Source of the DNA: a virus
Lineage: Duplodnaviria; Heunggongvirae; Uroviricota; Caudoviricetes
IMG/VR virus record: IMGVR_UViG_2778261573_000004
Coordinates: 1-44,824 of that record
DNA: 44,824 nt
Reading direction: 5' to 3' (one strand)
Both the position numbers and the translations under genes were made by a program. Below, piece by piece: positions 17,203-26,345 of the stretch. Under the pieces are notes generated by a model. That model did no database searches. It was given only the letters and a program-made list of their open reading frames with translations, and had not been told where the DNA came from. The number at the start of each line of letters is the position of its first letter. The first letter of the stretch is position 1.

Positions 17203-18836
17203 TTTTCCTCCGGATCGGTAATGGTCTGGCTCGCAAACTGGTCAGCCTGTGCCCAGCTCGGAAGCGGTAATCCGCGTTTAAGACATGACTCAATTTCTCT
17301 CTGGCGCTGATCAAGCACTTCTTCCCAGTCTTCACCGACGTTTTCACCCACCTCAATCTCGAGGGTGGAAAGTCCGGCATCCAGACCAAGAATGGCGCCT
17401 TTTTTCTCTGCAACCGGATCCACCCAGCCGCGCCCTGGCCCCATCCAGCGCGCGCGAGAATACGCGGCTCTGGCGTCAACAAAATCAGGTGCGCCTGCGG
17501 GCAGGGGTAAATCCTCATTGTCGTGAACTTCTTCAACAAAGGCGGTGAGAATGGGCTGAGCGAAGCCGGTAGAAAAATCGTCCCGGCGGCGAGTCAGTGT
17601 TTTCCATGCCTCCAGCAACGAGGAGCGTGCAGAACTGTAGTTAACGTCAGACCAGTCCTGGGTGACCTGCTGTGGGGACAACCCTGTTCCTGAAGAAAAA
17701 TTACGGAGAACAGCAGATTCGAAGACTTCAAAATTGCTGTAGGGCCGCGCCGCGTTAACCGTCGTGATTTTCTCACCAGGATAAAGAATGGGCATTCGGG
17801 CACCATTCTGAAGTGTCAGACGCCGATCGTTATGGAACTCAACACGCCCGTCCTGATAAGTGCCTAACTCCGACTCGTCATAGGTCTCGCCCAGGGCAGA
17901 CTGAACCATCGCAGGGTCATAGGGTGACTCAATGTAAGCGGCGAATATGGCATTAAGAATTGCTGCCTCAAGCTCACTCTGGTCATACTTCACCAGCATT
18001 TTCAGACGCTGAATAACCGGAGTCAGGATGCCGTTACCGCGGTGCTGCGCGCCACGCTCATGATCAAAATCGTGAACCACATGCGGGCGGCCCCAGTCAG
18101 TTTCACGCGGGATACGCTGCCACGTCATGGTTTTAGCCCCGCTCCACCAGTCACCGATATGGGCCTCCCTGATGTGGTAAGCAACCGGCGCACCGTCCGC
18201 ATCAATTTCAACGCCACCACGGACATTTGGCATATCGAAATTCTGCTGAGGATTACTGAGGCGGTCAGGATCGACAATCTGTACCGTGGTGGCGTAACGC
18301 CCTCTTCCGGGACCAAGCCTGTCAGTTCTGTACTGGAGAATGGCCAGAGCATCCCCGTCAATAAGCTTGTGACGAAATCCCAGGCGCAACATCTGCGACA
18401 CGGTGAGTTTTCGTTCAACATCACAATACCGGCCAGGATCGTTACTCCAGGTCCGCCAGTGCCCGTCCAGTGCTTTTCCGTACTCTTCCGCCCAGGACGC
18501 ATCAAACGCCTTGTTTCCGGTGATCATTCTGAGAACACGGTAATCGGGTTTCATGATGGGGCGGAAGTTGGCACCAACCGCATTATCCAGCAGACGTGTG
18601 ACCGCACCGTTTGCCCAGCCGTCATTACGGACCAGATCGCGTGCGCGGGACACGATGCGATCCCGGTAAATGTTAATTTCATTGTCCGGGGACCACAGCG
18701 CGGGTTGCCAGTTCGCCAGTTGATCGCTGAAAGAGTCAGCTGCGTCATAAGGTACGCGGCTCCCCCCCACCAGCATAGAGGGACGCTGCTGTCGCAACGG
18801 CTGCCCATCAGAGCCCAGTATCTGTACTTTATTCAT
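17199..18836 (-). CDS. Portal protein, lambda gpB family
   Basis: 545 aa; size and position between gpW and the protease; lambda B-like. Confidence 0.9.
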   Translation of the reverse strand: MNKVQILGSDGQPLRQQRPSMLVGGSRVPYDAADSFSDQLANWQPALWSPDNEINIYRDRIVSRARDLVRNDGWANGAVTRLLDNAVGANFRPIMKPDYRVLRMITGNKAFDASWAEEYGKALDGHWRTWSNDPGRYCDVERKLTVSQMLRLGFRHKLIDGDALAILQYRTDRLGPGRGRYATTVQIVDPDRLSNPQQNFDMPNVRGGVEIDADGAPVAYHIREAHIGDWWSGAKTMTWQRIPRETDWGRPHVVHDFDHERGAQHRGNGILTPVIQRLKMLVKYDQSELEAAILNAIFAAYIESPYDPAMVQSALGETYDESELGTYQDGRVEFHNDRRLTLQNGARMPILYPGEKITTVNAARPYSNFEVFESAVLRNFSSGTGLSPQQVTQDWSDVNYSSARSSLLEAWKTLTRRRDDFSTGFAQPILTAFVEEVHDNEDLPLPAGAPDFVDARAAYSRARWMGPGRGWVDPVAEKKGAILGLDAGLSTLEIEVGENVGEDWEEVLDQRQREIESCLKRGLPLPSWAQADQFASQTITDPEEK

Positions 18837-19099
18837 CAGAATCTAAACCTCGCTGGTTTCCGGGGACGAGAGATAATCCCCAGTTGCGCCTGCAGAAGTT
18901 GAATCAGGGCCAGCAGATCAGCCAGGGTGCTTTGCTGATAGGACACTGATCGCGTCCCGTCTCCCTGCGTATAGGAAAACGAAACACCGTGGCTCCCGGT
19001 TGCTAAATCAATGTACGCCTGCTGAGCTTTCGCAAGCGCATCCCTGAGCTGATCGTCAGTCATTGCGCCGGCAAGCAGGCTGGTGTTCCGGTTGAACAT
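18836..19099 (-). CDS. Head-tail joining protein gpW-like
   Basis: 87 aa between terminase large subunit and portal, as in lambda. Confidence 0.7.
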   Translation of the reverse strand: MFNRNTSLLAGAMTDDQLRDALAKAQQAYIDLATGSHGVSFSYTQGDGTRSVSYQQSTLADLLALIQLLQAQLGIISRPRKPARFRF

Positions 19100-19107
19100 G
19101 ATTTTCC

Positions 19108-21237
19108 TTATTTCGGCAGGAGTTGCGATATTCGCTTACGTTTGACCGGCGCTGGTTCTTCAATAACCGCACCCGGCAGCTCGTAATTGATTTTTTCTTC
19201 CTGTCCAACTGGCGCTGGCAGGAACTTATCCGGATCGGCTTCGAGGTTGGCGGCCCGGACGTTGAGTTTTAACCCCATATGTTTGAGACCGCACAGCGCG
19301 GCATAGCTGTAAACGAGGCAGTCAAGCGCTTCGTTAGCTCGTCCTGGTATTGCTTCCCAGATACTGTACCGCTGCCCGGAAATGACTTTGTAAACCAGTC
19401 GCTCCGCCAGCAGCTGATTGAAGTACCCGAGATCGCGATCGTCAGGAAAATGCATATAACCCGCAGCGGCGGCGCCAGGTTTGGGTGGCTCAAGATGCAG
19501 GCGACCGCGTATCACGTCTTTCGCTGAGTTAACCCCCAGAATGACAGGGCGGAAACTGGCTTTGCTTTTCGATGATGGTCGTTTGGTCGGCCAGACAGGA
19601 TTGCGTTTGCCTCCCTGTGCAGACTCCCCCTTAATTGCCCAGACACGACGGCCAAGACGCTCTTTGGCGAATTCGTATACCTTCTGCGTATGGTGGCCGC
19701 CGGAGTCCATGCACGTTGCCATGATATTCAGGCCGCGCCCGTCACCACGTCGCCAGATCTGTTTCAGGTATGCATCCAGTCGCTTCCAGGGTTCTTCCGT
19801 CTCAAGGTCACCATAAATAACGTCATGCGCGACCGACCACGATTCTTCATCTCTCCCCCAGCCGGTGATCGTAATTTCGAAGCGATCGTCCTGGGTATCA
19901 ACTCCAGCTGTTAACAATGCCACCCCGTCCGGAACGACGGCCGGAAATATTTCCCGGCGCGCCAGCAGAACATCAACAGGGAGCTGTTTCCCATGATTAG
20001 GTCGGTGCGGAAGCCCCATCTGGGTATTCCACCACGCCTGTTCCTTATCCGGATCGCCCTTCGCATCGATATATTTTTTCGCAATATCCGACGGCTTATC
20101 TTTTTGCCAGGGGCTGAAAAGCTTGGATGCCTGGTACCCCGCGTGGTGGTTATCGACTGCCTCCTTTCCACAGGAGGGGCAGATTGCGCGATAGACCGCA
20201 TGCCGTTCCGACTCTGACCATTGCCAGACCTTTTCAACGCTGCCCTCGTCTGCCGCCCGCCAGGCAAGGTCATAATCCATCAGCGGTGAGTGCCGCTCCC
20301 CGCAGCACTCAAATGGGCGCGTCTGATGCCATCGAATAGTGTGCAGAGCTCTGAGGCGCTGTCCTTCGGACCAGCCACTACCACAGCATTCGCAATAGAG
20401 CATCGCCGATTTAGTCAGGTGTTTATCTCCCTCTTTCGGCCACTGAACGTGTTTGAAAAAGTCGGGGAACTGGCGGTGGCCACAGTGCGGGCAAACCACA
20501 GATGCCCGGCGCTGATCGGAGTCGGCGTAGCTGTCAGCAATGCGGCTCTCATCCTCCACCGTCGGCGAACAGGCGCGTACAGACAGCCAGGTCAGGCCAA
20601 ATGTCGCTGTACGCTCTTCGGCCAGCGCAATTGGATCGCCTTCGCGGGTTATCGGGTACTTGTCCACTTCATCCGCCAGCAGGACACGAATCGGACGACG
20701 CGCAAGGTTATCAGGGCTACCAGCACCCGCCAGCGCCAGAAATCCGCCAGTGAATGCCTTGTAAAGAATGGTTTCTTTCGAGCTTTTCTGTTTCGAATCA
20801 CCGATGATTTTACGCAGTACCGGTGTCACCCTTACCAGCGGGCTAATACGCTCTTTCGAAAACTGTTCAGCGGCTTCTTCTTTCGGCTGCAGCAGCAGTA
20901 TCGGACAAGGATCGAGGTGGGCAAAATAGCCAAAAAGGTTTTCCAGCAGTGCTGTCTTCATCAACTGGGTACAGCACATTACAGTGATGATATGAACCCC
21001 GGACTCCGTCGCGGCAAGCATCGGTCCGCGGGCAATTTCTACCGTCGATGTTTCCCAGTTTCCCGAAGTGCTCCCAGCCTCTTTTGCCAGCTTACGATAG
21101 TCATCTGCCCACTGCGGCACACTGATACGCGGCGGGGGTGTCCAGCCTTTGCGGACGCTTAATTCAAGACGCTCAATCTTCTGCCGGGTTAAACTCTGGC
21201 TCTCCGAGGACTGAGATGTGTTTGTGGACATGTTCAA
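19108..21237 (-). CDS. Terminase large subunit, lambda gpA family
   Basis: 709 aa; ATPase and nuclease regions typical of gpA; overlaps the small subunit gene. Confidence 0.95.
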   Translation of the reverse strand: MNMSTNTSQSSESQSLTRQKIERLELSVRKGWTPPPRISVPQWADDYRKLAKEAGSTSGNWETSTVEIARGPMLAATESGVHIITVMCCTQLMKTALLENLFGYFAHLDPCPILLLQPKEEAAEQFSKERISPLVRVTPVLRKIIGDSKQKSSKETILYKAFTGGFLALAGAGSPDNLARRPIRVLLADEVDKYPITREGDPIALAEERTATFGLTWLSVRACSPTVEDESRIADSYADSDQRRASVVCPHCGHRQFPDFFKHVQWPKEGDKHLTKSAMLYCECCGSGWSEGQRLRALHTIRWHQTRPFECCGERHSPLMDYDLAWRAADEGSVEKVWQWSESERHAVYRAICPSCGKEAVDNHHAGYQASKLFSPWQKDKPSDIAKKYIDAKGDPDKEQAWWNTQMGLPHRPNHGKQLPVDVLLARREIFPAVVPDGVALLTAGVDTQDDRFEITITGWGRDEESWSVAHDVIYGDLETEEPWKRLDAYLKQIWRRGDGRGLNIMATCMDSGGHHTQKVYEFAKERLGRRVWAIKGESAQGGKRNPVWPTKRPSSKSKASFRPVILGVNSAKDVIRGRLHLEPPKPGAAAAGYMHFPDDRDLGYFNQLLAERLVYKVISGQRYSIWEAIPGRANEALDCLVYSYAALCGLKHMGLKLNVRAANLEADPDKFLPAPVGQEEKINYELPGAVIEEPAPVKRKRISQLLPK

Positions 21238-21742
21238 TCAGCACCTCTGTCATCCTGTCCGCCGGTACATCCAGATCAGCAGCCATTAGCGGCGCCACCC
21301 TGGACGGCCAGTTAAGCCAGGCATCACGCTGTTGGCGAAAGGCGTTGAATAAAACCTCCTCGGCTGCTGTCAGCTCAATAAGCTGGCCGCTGTCTTTTTC
21401 ATACTGCAGCTTTGCCTGCAGGGCCATGTAATTCTCGCGGATACGTCCCGCTTCCTCTCTCGAAAGATCTGCCCCTTCAGTGAGCATTATCTGGCGGACA
21501 GTTTTATTGATTTCATCACCGTCATCATCGTTATCGCTAACGACGGGAGTTTTCTTTTTCTTCGCGTTCGAGGCGCGCGGGTCTTTGCCATCGCGGTTTT
21601 TCTTCAATGCCGCATCGCTGGCCTCTACGTCAATCAGGTCTCCGTCCATCACAATGAAGCGCCCGGCTTTAATCCACCGGCCAATTGTTTTGCGATCCAC
21701 ACCTGAATGTTGTGCGTACTGACTCTGGTTCATCGTGGTCAT
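21173..21742 (-). CDS. Terminase small subunit, Nu1-like
   Basis: 189 aa; N-terminal HTH-like segment (QSQYAQHSGVDRKTIGRWIKAG); its 3-prime end overlaps gpA and its start sits inside the cos-like repeat cluster. Confidence 0.8.
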   Translation of the reverse strand: MTTMNQSQYAQHSGVDRKTIGRWIKAGRFIVMDGDLIDVEASDAALKKNRDGKDPRASNAKKKKTPVVSDNDDDGDEINKTVRQIMLTEGADLSREEAGRIRENYMALQAKLQYEKDSGQLIELTAAEEVLFNAFRQQRDAWLNWPSRVAPLMAADLDVPADRMTEVLIEHVHKHISVLGEPEFNPAED

Positions 21743-21890
21743 GGGACATCACCTGGGACATTTTCTGGGGTGGGACATTCGCCTGGGACATTTTTGCCAT
21801 GTCCCACCAGAATGTCCCACTGGAATAAACTGGAATAGCCAGAGCTGGCGAGGTGTCCGTAATGATCGCCAGAGGTGGGACATGGGACAC
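21743..21890. repeat. Cluster of GGGACAT / ATGTCCC motifs (cosB-like terminase small-subunit binding elements)
   Basis: Eight copies in about 150 bp: GGGACAT at 21743, 21755, 21772, 21785 and 21877; ATGTCCC at 21799 and 21812; variant GGGACAC at 21884. Lies directly upstream of and overlapping the Nu1-like start. Confidence 0.6.
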
Positions 21891-22032
21891 AAATCTGAAA
21901 GTTGTAGCTAGGAAAACACCGCGGCGCGCAATGCCCGTACCTTACAAAAGTCTCAGGAAGGACCCATTTTTTTAATGGCTTCGACCATTCGCTCCGACTA
22001 TGATTATTCCTATTCAATACAAGGAGAATGTA

Positions 22033-22536
22033 ATGGGTAACAATATAATCAAAATAACTTTCGTAGCCGCAGTGCTGGCATCACCAATTGCTCATGCCCA
22101 GTGGGTAACTAATACTGAAGATGACCTTTTCTCTGGTGGTAAGAAAGCAATGATGCTTGGCGAGGTTTCATCCGACAATGGCGCCATTGTGTTTGACTGC
22201 ACTAAAGAAAAGCTATCGGCGGCATACGTTGAAATGGATAAAAGCACCGAATCACTATCAGAGGTACCAATGGACCTGATAATGAAGGTCGACGGGAATA
22301 CCGCAGTGAAGCTCGATGCTACCCTTTCAAGACGTAATGTTCAGAGCCTCCAGATTCAATCGGATGACGCGGACCAACTAAAAACAGTGCTTAAGCAGCT
22401 TCAGGGGGCGAAATCCAAAGTGTTAGTTGGTGTGCAAACAAAGGATGGCGGAAACCAGCATTCCATGTCAGCCAATGTTTCTGGATCGACAACTGCAGTA
22501 AACAGCTTCATAAAAGCTTGCGAAATTAACTTATAA
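22033..22536 (+). CDS. Secreted/periplasmic protein of unknown function (opposite-strand moron)
   Basis: RBS AAGGAGA 5 nt before ATG 22033; N-terminus MGNNIIKITFVAAVLASPIAHAQ is a classical signal peptide (AHA-Q cleavage); convergent with all flanking phage genes. Confidence 0.6.
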   Translation: MGNNIIKITFVAAVLASPIAHAQWVTNTEDDLFSGGKKAMMLGEVSSDNGAIVFDCTKEKLSAAYVEMDKSTESLSEVPMDLIMKVDGNTAVKLDATLSRRNVQSLQIQSDDADQLKTVLKQLQGAKSKVLVGVQTKDGGNQHSMSANVSGSTTAVNSFIKACEINL

Positions 22537-22546
22537 GTTACTGCTT

Positions 22547-23197
22547 TTATTTTGCCGTCCTGATGGCTTCTGCTATCGCCTGATTTAAAGCAGACGGTAG
22601 CAGTGCGTTCGCCATGGTACGGGCCCTATCCATATACCCCAGCACTGGAGTCACAGGTAGCGCATCACCAAACCGGATCAAAAGCTTTGGAGAACGCTGT
22701 TTGCGTTTCGGTCTTCGCGTCCCGTTAGCGGAACGTTTGGCCCGTCGCTTCTTAGCTTTCATCGGCTTCTTACGCTGCCAGACAGCGTTAACGCCATCAA
22801 CCTCACCTACGAATACATTTTCCTTTGCTTTAAGCTGTGAGAGCTTATTACGCGGCAGGTTGCCGTATTTATTAAGCTTTATGTCTTTCGGGTTAAGCAA
22901 AGCACTTCCATTAAGCTTGTGCTCTCCGCCGAACTCGAAGGGTTCAAGGTAACCAGCAGCAGTATCACGAACAAACACCTTCGCACGAAGGCTGTTTTTC
23001 CTGGCACCAACTGACCCAACCGATTTAACTGTAAAAGGTGTTGGATTATCCAGATTCCGCTCAAATGCTGTTTTTTGGGCCGCTTCTATCTGGCGAACCA
23101 CTTTAGTCATAGCCTGGGCAGTCGCAAACGGTATTTGCTTCTGCAGCTGTCTTAACTGACTGGAAAGGTCCTTAAGCGTTGCCATATCATTGACCAC
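22547..23197 (-). CDS. Hypothetical phage protein with Lys/Arg-rich C-terminal region
   Basis: 216 aa ORF preceded by the terminator/promoter-like region at 23200-23262; no recognisable family. Confidence 0.5.
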   Translation of the reverse strand: MVNDMATLKDLSSQLRQLQKQIPFATAQAMTKVVRQIEAAQKTAFERNLDNPTPFTVKSVGSVGARKNSLRAKVFVRDTAAGYLEPFEFGGEHKLNGSALLNPKDIKLNKYGNLPRNKLSQLKAKENVFVGEVDGVNAVWQRKKPMKAKKRRAKRSANGTRRPKRKQRSPKLLIRFGDALPVTPVLGYMDRARTMANALLPSALNQAIAEAIRTAK

Positions 23198-23239
23198 CTA
23201 GTTACAGTAATTAAGATCAGTTTGCTCATAAAGTTGACA

Positions 23240-23265
23240 ATAAAAAACCGCCCGTAGGCGGTTAG
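23240..23265 (-). terminator. Rho-independent terminator
   Basis: Minus-strand RNA AACCGCCUACGGGCGGUU followed by UUUUAUU; overlaps the stop codon of the 23262-23666 gene. Confidence 0.65.
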
Positions 23266-23666
23266 TCGAACATTTTATCAAGTTGCTTAGCTAGAGCTCG
23301 GTTAAACAGCTCCTTCGAAACTGTCATCAGCGTGCCCATACTGGCATCTTTGAATCCGGTTTTTAATGTTGCCCAAACCTCTTTGTTACGGAGAGCATCC
23401 AAGAAGTCATGCCCCATCGCGGTCAATCGCAAGGGCATTACAGCCCAGTGAGTCATTCCGTCTAAAGACTGAATAGCACCAAAGCCGGGCTCTCCATCAC
23501 TCCTGATAATCAGCCCTCTATCCTCAAGCAAACGCATATGAAACACAAATGTGTCAGTTTCACAATTGAACCCTAAATCATTTAATCGAATAATATCGGT
23601 ATCAGGTGAATCCGATGCCTCGAAAGCCTCGAGCAAACCTTTAAGGTATTCTTGATCTATTTGCAT
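23262..23666 (-). CDS. Hypothetical protein (possibly DUF2513-like)
   Basis: 134 aa, own terminator downstream; the family name is a weak recollection and is not verified. Confidence 0.45.
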   Translation of the reverse strand: MQIDQEYLKGLLEAFEASDSPDTDIIRLNDLGFNCETDTFVFHMRLLEDRGLIIRSDGEPGFGAIQSLDGMTHWAVMPLRLTAMGHDFLDALRNKEVWATLKTGFKDASMGTLMTVSKELFNRALAKQLDKMFD

Positions 23667-23698
23667 AACCCCTCCGTATGTAAAAGGTTAATTTAACA

Positions 23699-24169
23699 TC
23701 AATTTAAGCACTGCTCTTTGATGTATTCCTGCAAATATCCAACCTGTTTCGTCACTGTGACGATTCGCTCTCTGAGGGTGAAATAATCCCGTTCAGCGGA
23801 GTCAGTAAGTCGGGGGCCGGTAACATCGCCCAGGCCGCCGGTGCTGGTCGTTCCGTTCGCGGGACAGTTTGCGTTGAGCTGCAGCCGCTTACGGCCAGCA
23901 ATGACATCGCTATGCAGACGCTCAATGGTTTCTTTCGCATCAGCCAGTTCTCCGGTGTATTTGGCATCCAGTGCAGCGACATCACGCTGGCGCACCTTCA
24001 TGTCATCGATGGTATTTTTCGCAAGGCTGAGATTCTCAATTGCCTTGTCGCGCTGGTCTTTGTAGGTGATGGCGTTGTCGCGGTAGTGGTTAACGAAGAA
24101 CGCCAGCACGCCGATTACCGACACCACAATCAGTTGCAGCCAGTAACGCTTAACCAGCGCGCCAATCAT
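23699..24169 (-). CDS. i-spanin Rz (lysis cassette B)
   Basis: 156 aa with N-terminal TM helix (LQLIVVSVIGVLAFFV) and coiled-coil periplasmic domain; 4-nt overlap with the endolysin gene. Confidence 0.8.
   Translation of the reverse strand: MIGALVKRYWLQLIVVSVIGVLAFFVNHYRDNAITYKDQRDKAIENLSLAKNTIDDMKVRQRDVAALDAKYTGELADAKETIERLHSDVIAGRKRLQLNANCPANGTTSTGGLGDVTGPRLTDSAERDYFTLRERIVTVTKQVGYLQEYIKEQCLN
23752..23940 (-). CDS. o-spanin Rz1 (embedded in Rz, +1 frame)
   Basis: MRKKPLSVCIAMSLLAVSGCSS has signal peptide and lipobox LAVSGC; Pro-rich mature part; entirely embedded within the Rz ORF. Confidence 0.75.
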   Translation of the reverse strand: MRKKPLSVCIAMSLLAVSGCSSTQTVPRTERPAPAAWAMLPAPDLLTPLNGIISPSESESSQ

Positions 24170-24606
24170 GACAGGAACAGAGCCCGCTCTGCCTCCCGCC
24201 GACGTGTCAGCCCATTCAGCACCTTCCCACCAGCTTTATTCCAGCGCAGGAACTCATCGGCTGCACCAGCGTAATCTCCGGCGTTGAGTTTTCGCAGGAG
24301 AGTCGATGTCGACAATGACCGCGCACCGAGGTTATACGTGAACGACACCAGGGCATCGAATTGCCCCTGAGTCAGGCCAACTTTAACCAGTCGTGACACG
24401 TCACTTTCGTAACTGACCATTCCTGTCTTCAGCAGGCGTTCTGCCGTTTCCTGCTTAATTGTCATCCCGGCACGGATTGGTTTCCCGTCGACGGGCTGAG
24501 TCCAGCCATAACCGATCGTCCAAACGCCGACGCTGTCCTGATAGGCAGTGAGCTTGCAACCTTCGAACTCTTTGATCAGGGCAATGCCTTTATCACTGGT
24601 TTGCAT
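24166..24606 (-). CDS. Endolysin, phage lysozyme (GH24, T4/P22-type)
   Basis: 146 aa; MQTSDKGIALIKEFEGCKLTAYQDSVGVWTIGYG shows the lysozyme E...D...T catalytic spacing. Confidence 0.9.
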   Translation of the reverse strand: MQTSDKGIALIKEFEGCKLTAYQDSVGVWTIGYGWTQPVDGKPIRAGMTIKQETAERLLKTGMVSYESDVSRLVKVGLTQGQFDALVSFTYNLGARSLSTSTLLRKLNAGDYAGAADEFLRWNKAGGKVLNGLTRRREAERALFLS

Positions 24607-24910
24607 TCTTCATCCCCGTCAAGCGTTCCCAGAAATAGGTCAGAGCCACTGAACCCATCGCCCCGCTAATGCCGGACGTGACAAGGATCATGTGAAAACT
24701 CAACCCACTCTCCACGCTTATCAACCCGCCAATCAAACCGGTAAAGCCGGAGACAGCGATCTGTGCCAGCGCGTTTATCCAGCTCCATGTCGCTTTATTC
24801 TGCTTTACGTCGATCAGGTAGCGAACTAAACCGCCCCAGCATGCAATGCCGAGCAGGACTAACCAGGACAGGCCTACAATTTTGTGGTCGTCATTCATAC
24901 GCTTTGCCAT
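24593..24910 (-). CDS. Holin (lysis cassette B)
   Basis: Start at MAKRMNDD (ATG 24910-24908); multiple TM helices; overlaps the endolysin start. The longer ORF to 25102 is rejected because it runs through the terminators. Confidence 0.7.
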   Translation of the reverse strand: MAKRMNDDHKIVGLSWLVLLGIACWGGLVRYLIDVKQNKATWSWINALAQIAVSGFTGLIGGLISVESGLSFHMILVTSGISGAMGSVALTYFWERLTGMKNANQ

Positions 24911-24980
24911 ATCACCTCCGAAGGAACGGGGTGCTGTTTGTGTAGAGTGGAAGGATGCCAGGAAACAACGACCGGACATC

Positions 24981-25009
24981 GCAAATAAAAAAGCCAGCGA
25001 CAGGCTGGC
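24981..25009 (-). terminator. Rho-independent terminator (second of a tandem pair)
   Basis: Minus-strand RNA GCCAGCCUGUCGCUGGC (perfect 6-bp stem) followed by UUUUUUAUUUGC; embedded in a 16-bp direct repeat CGCAAATAAAAAAGCC also found at 25081-25096. Confidence 0.7.
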
Positions 25010-25081
25010 AATGTGAGGGTAAGGCAATGTCGGCTCTCTGGCCGAAGGGTCCCAGGTAGTGGGTTCTGTGTGCTGCGTACC

Positions 25082-25114
25082 GCAAATAAAAAAGCCCCGC
25101 ATAGGCGAGGCTGG
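25082..25114 (-). terminator. Rho-independent terminator (first of a tandem pair), after the peptidase gene
   Basis: Minus-strand RNA GCCUCGCCUAUGCGGGGC (7-bp stem, one mismatch) followed by UUUUUUAUUUGC. Confidence 0.6.
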
Positions 25115-25130
25115 AATCAGACAGGGGGGA

Positions 25131-26033
25131 TTAAGACTGGATATTCCAAATCATTGCGTTACCGTTATGATTTTCAATGATTTTTGCCAGTGGTGCTCCA
25201 CCAAAAGAATGCATGTAGCTGTGATGTATAGTCAAAACCAAATCTTGAAGTACTTGATCACTTTCAAGTTCGGTAACATTCAACCCAATTTTCTGCGCCT
25301 TATCAAAATGAATATGACGCGAGTGGGTATAGGTTGTGTGATGGTTGTTTAACTCTGAACAAACATGTGTTGCTTTTGATTCTGCCTCAGGATCATTATC
25401 AAACATGCCTGTCATAAGCCAATGCTTAACAATCTCATTTGCCCATTTGATTGCTTTCTCACACTCGCCGATGATCGTCGGGTTTAGCTTTTGAAGAATG
25501 AACTGCCACATCTGAACAGCTGCGGGATTTTGAAAAATTTCCGTCTGCGCACGATTCCATTCTTCAATGATGGCATGGGTGGAGAAACCGTTGAACTGAG
25601 GATCAATTGGGCCAATGTTGGACTGTTTACCCATGATGATTTCATTGGCACAACATGCAAGCATAGTTCCGCAGGACATTGAAATCATAGGAACAATTGC
25701 TCTGATGTTAGTTCCAAACTTCGACCTTAAGTAATGCCCGATTGATTCCAAAGCGGCAATATCACCACCTGGAGTATGAAGTATCAAATCCAACCCTTTT
25801 GATACATCTAAACCATTGATGGCTGTCATCAACCCGTTCTTATCATCATCAGTCATCTGAGTAAGATGGCGTACTTCTGCACCACCATGCTGTAACCACC
25901 CTGAGTAATATGTGATTACATTTCTTCCAGTATGATTCGAAAGTTGAGATAAGTATTTACGGCGAACCTCATCCATAGGACTTTTATGGGCGAGAGCCGT
26001 TATCTCGCCCAGTACGTCGCTCCAATTAGGCAT
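25131..26033 (-). CDS. ClpP/S49-fold serine peptidase (resembles SDH-family Clp-fold proteinases), cargo gene
   Basis: 300 aa; LILHTPGGDIAALESIGHYL and MISMSCGTMLACCANE resemble the PGG and nucleophile-Ser motifs of ClpP/SppA-fold peptidases; AT-rich codon usage unlike flanking genes; unrelated in sequence to the prohead protease at 16336-17202. Confidence 0.55.
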   Translation of the reverse strand: MPNWSDVLGEITALAHKSPMDEVRRKYLSQLSNHTGRNVITYYSGWLQHGGAEVRHLTQMTDDDKNGLMTAINGLDVSKGLDLILHTPGGDIAALESIGHYLRSKFGTNIRAIVPMISMSCGTMLACCANEIIMGKQSNIGPIDPQFNGFSTHAIIEEWNRAQTEIFQNPAAVQMWQFILQKLNPTIIGECEKAIKWANEIVKHWLMTGMFDNDPEAESKATHVCSELNNHHTTYTHSRHIHFDKAQKIGLNVTELESDQVLQDLVLTIHHSYMHSFGGAPLAKIIENHNGNAMIWNIQS

Positions 26034-26036
26034 AAA

Positions 26037-26237
26037 TCAGTACGTGTAAAGTTGATGACTTGTAGTTTGGTTTTGCTTCGATTGTGTAGCGGTACCTTGT
26101 GAGTACCAAACACCTGTGTTTCCACTCGTACTAGTTTGCTGTGCCATTACACGAGAAGCGAAGTTGTTAACAGTTTCACCAGTCAACATTTCTGCCGGTT
26201 TGATATTGTAAACATCGTAGAACTCAGCTGGGGTCAT
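26037..26237 (-). CDS. Small hydrophilic protein of unknown function, co-transcribed with the peptidase
   Basis: 66 aa, Thr/Ser/Gln-rich; strong RBS AAAGGAG 8 nt before ATG 26237; stop 3 nt before the peptidase ATG. Confidence 0.45.
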   Translation of the reverse strand: MTPAEFYDVYNIKPAEMLTGETVNNFASRVMAQQTSTSGNTGVWYSQGTATQSKQNQTTSHQLYTY

Positions 26238-26320
26238 AATGATAGCTCCTTTTATAGCGCTACATATAGTGCCTGTGCCAAGGGGGACATACTATATGTG
26301 CCATTGTTGTCATATTTAAA

Positions 26321-26345
26321 TGTGCAAAAAGCCTCAAAAGAGGCT
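26321..26345 (-). terminator. Rho-independent terminator downstream of lysis cassette A
   Basis: Minus-strand RNA GCCUCUUUUGAGGC followed by UUUUUGCACAUUU. Confidence 0.55.

Noticed and set aside
18042-18902. 286-aa plus-strand ORF
   Set aside because: Antisense to the portal gene, which has clear family resemblance; no start context.
20290-21162. 290-aa plus-strand ORF
   Set aside because: Antisense to the terminase large subunit gene.
21743-21890. Possible CRISPR array suggested by the short repeated motif
   Set aside because: Repeats are only 7 bp, occur in both orientations with irregular spacing and no spacers of uniform length; they fit terminase-binding cos elements, not CRISPR.
24911-25102. 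N-terminal extension of the holin ORF (starting MRGFFICGTQ)
   Set aside because: The extension runs through two intrinsic terminators and has no RBS; the internal start MAKRM has the expected holin N-terminus.
25131-26033. Identity with the e14 Lit metalloprotease
   Set aside because: No HExxH zinc-binding motif is present; the sequence instead shows ClpP/SppA-like PGG and Ser motifs.
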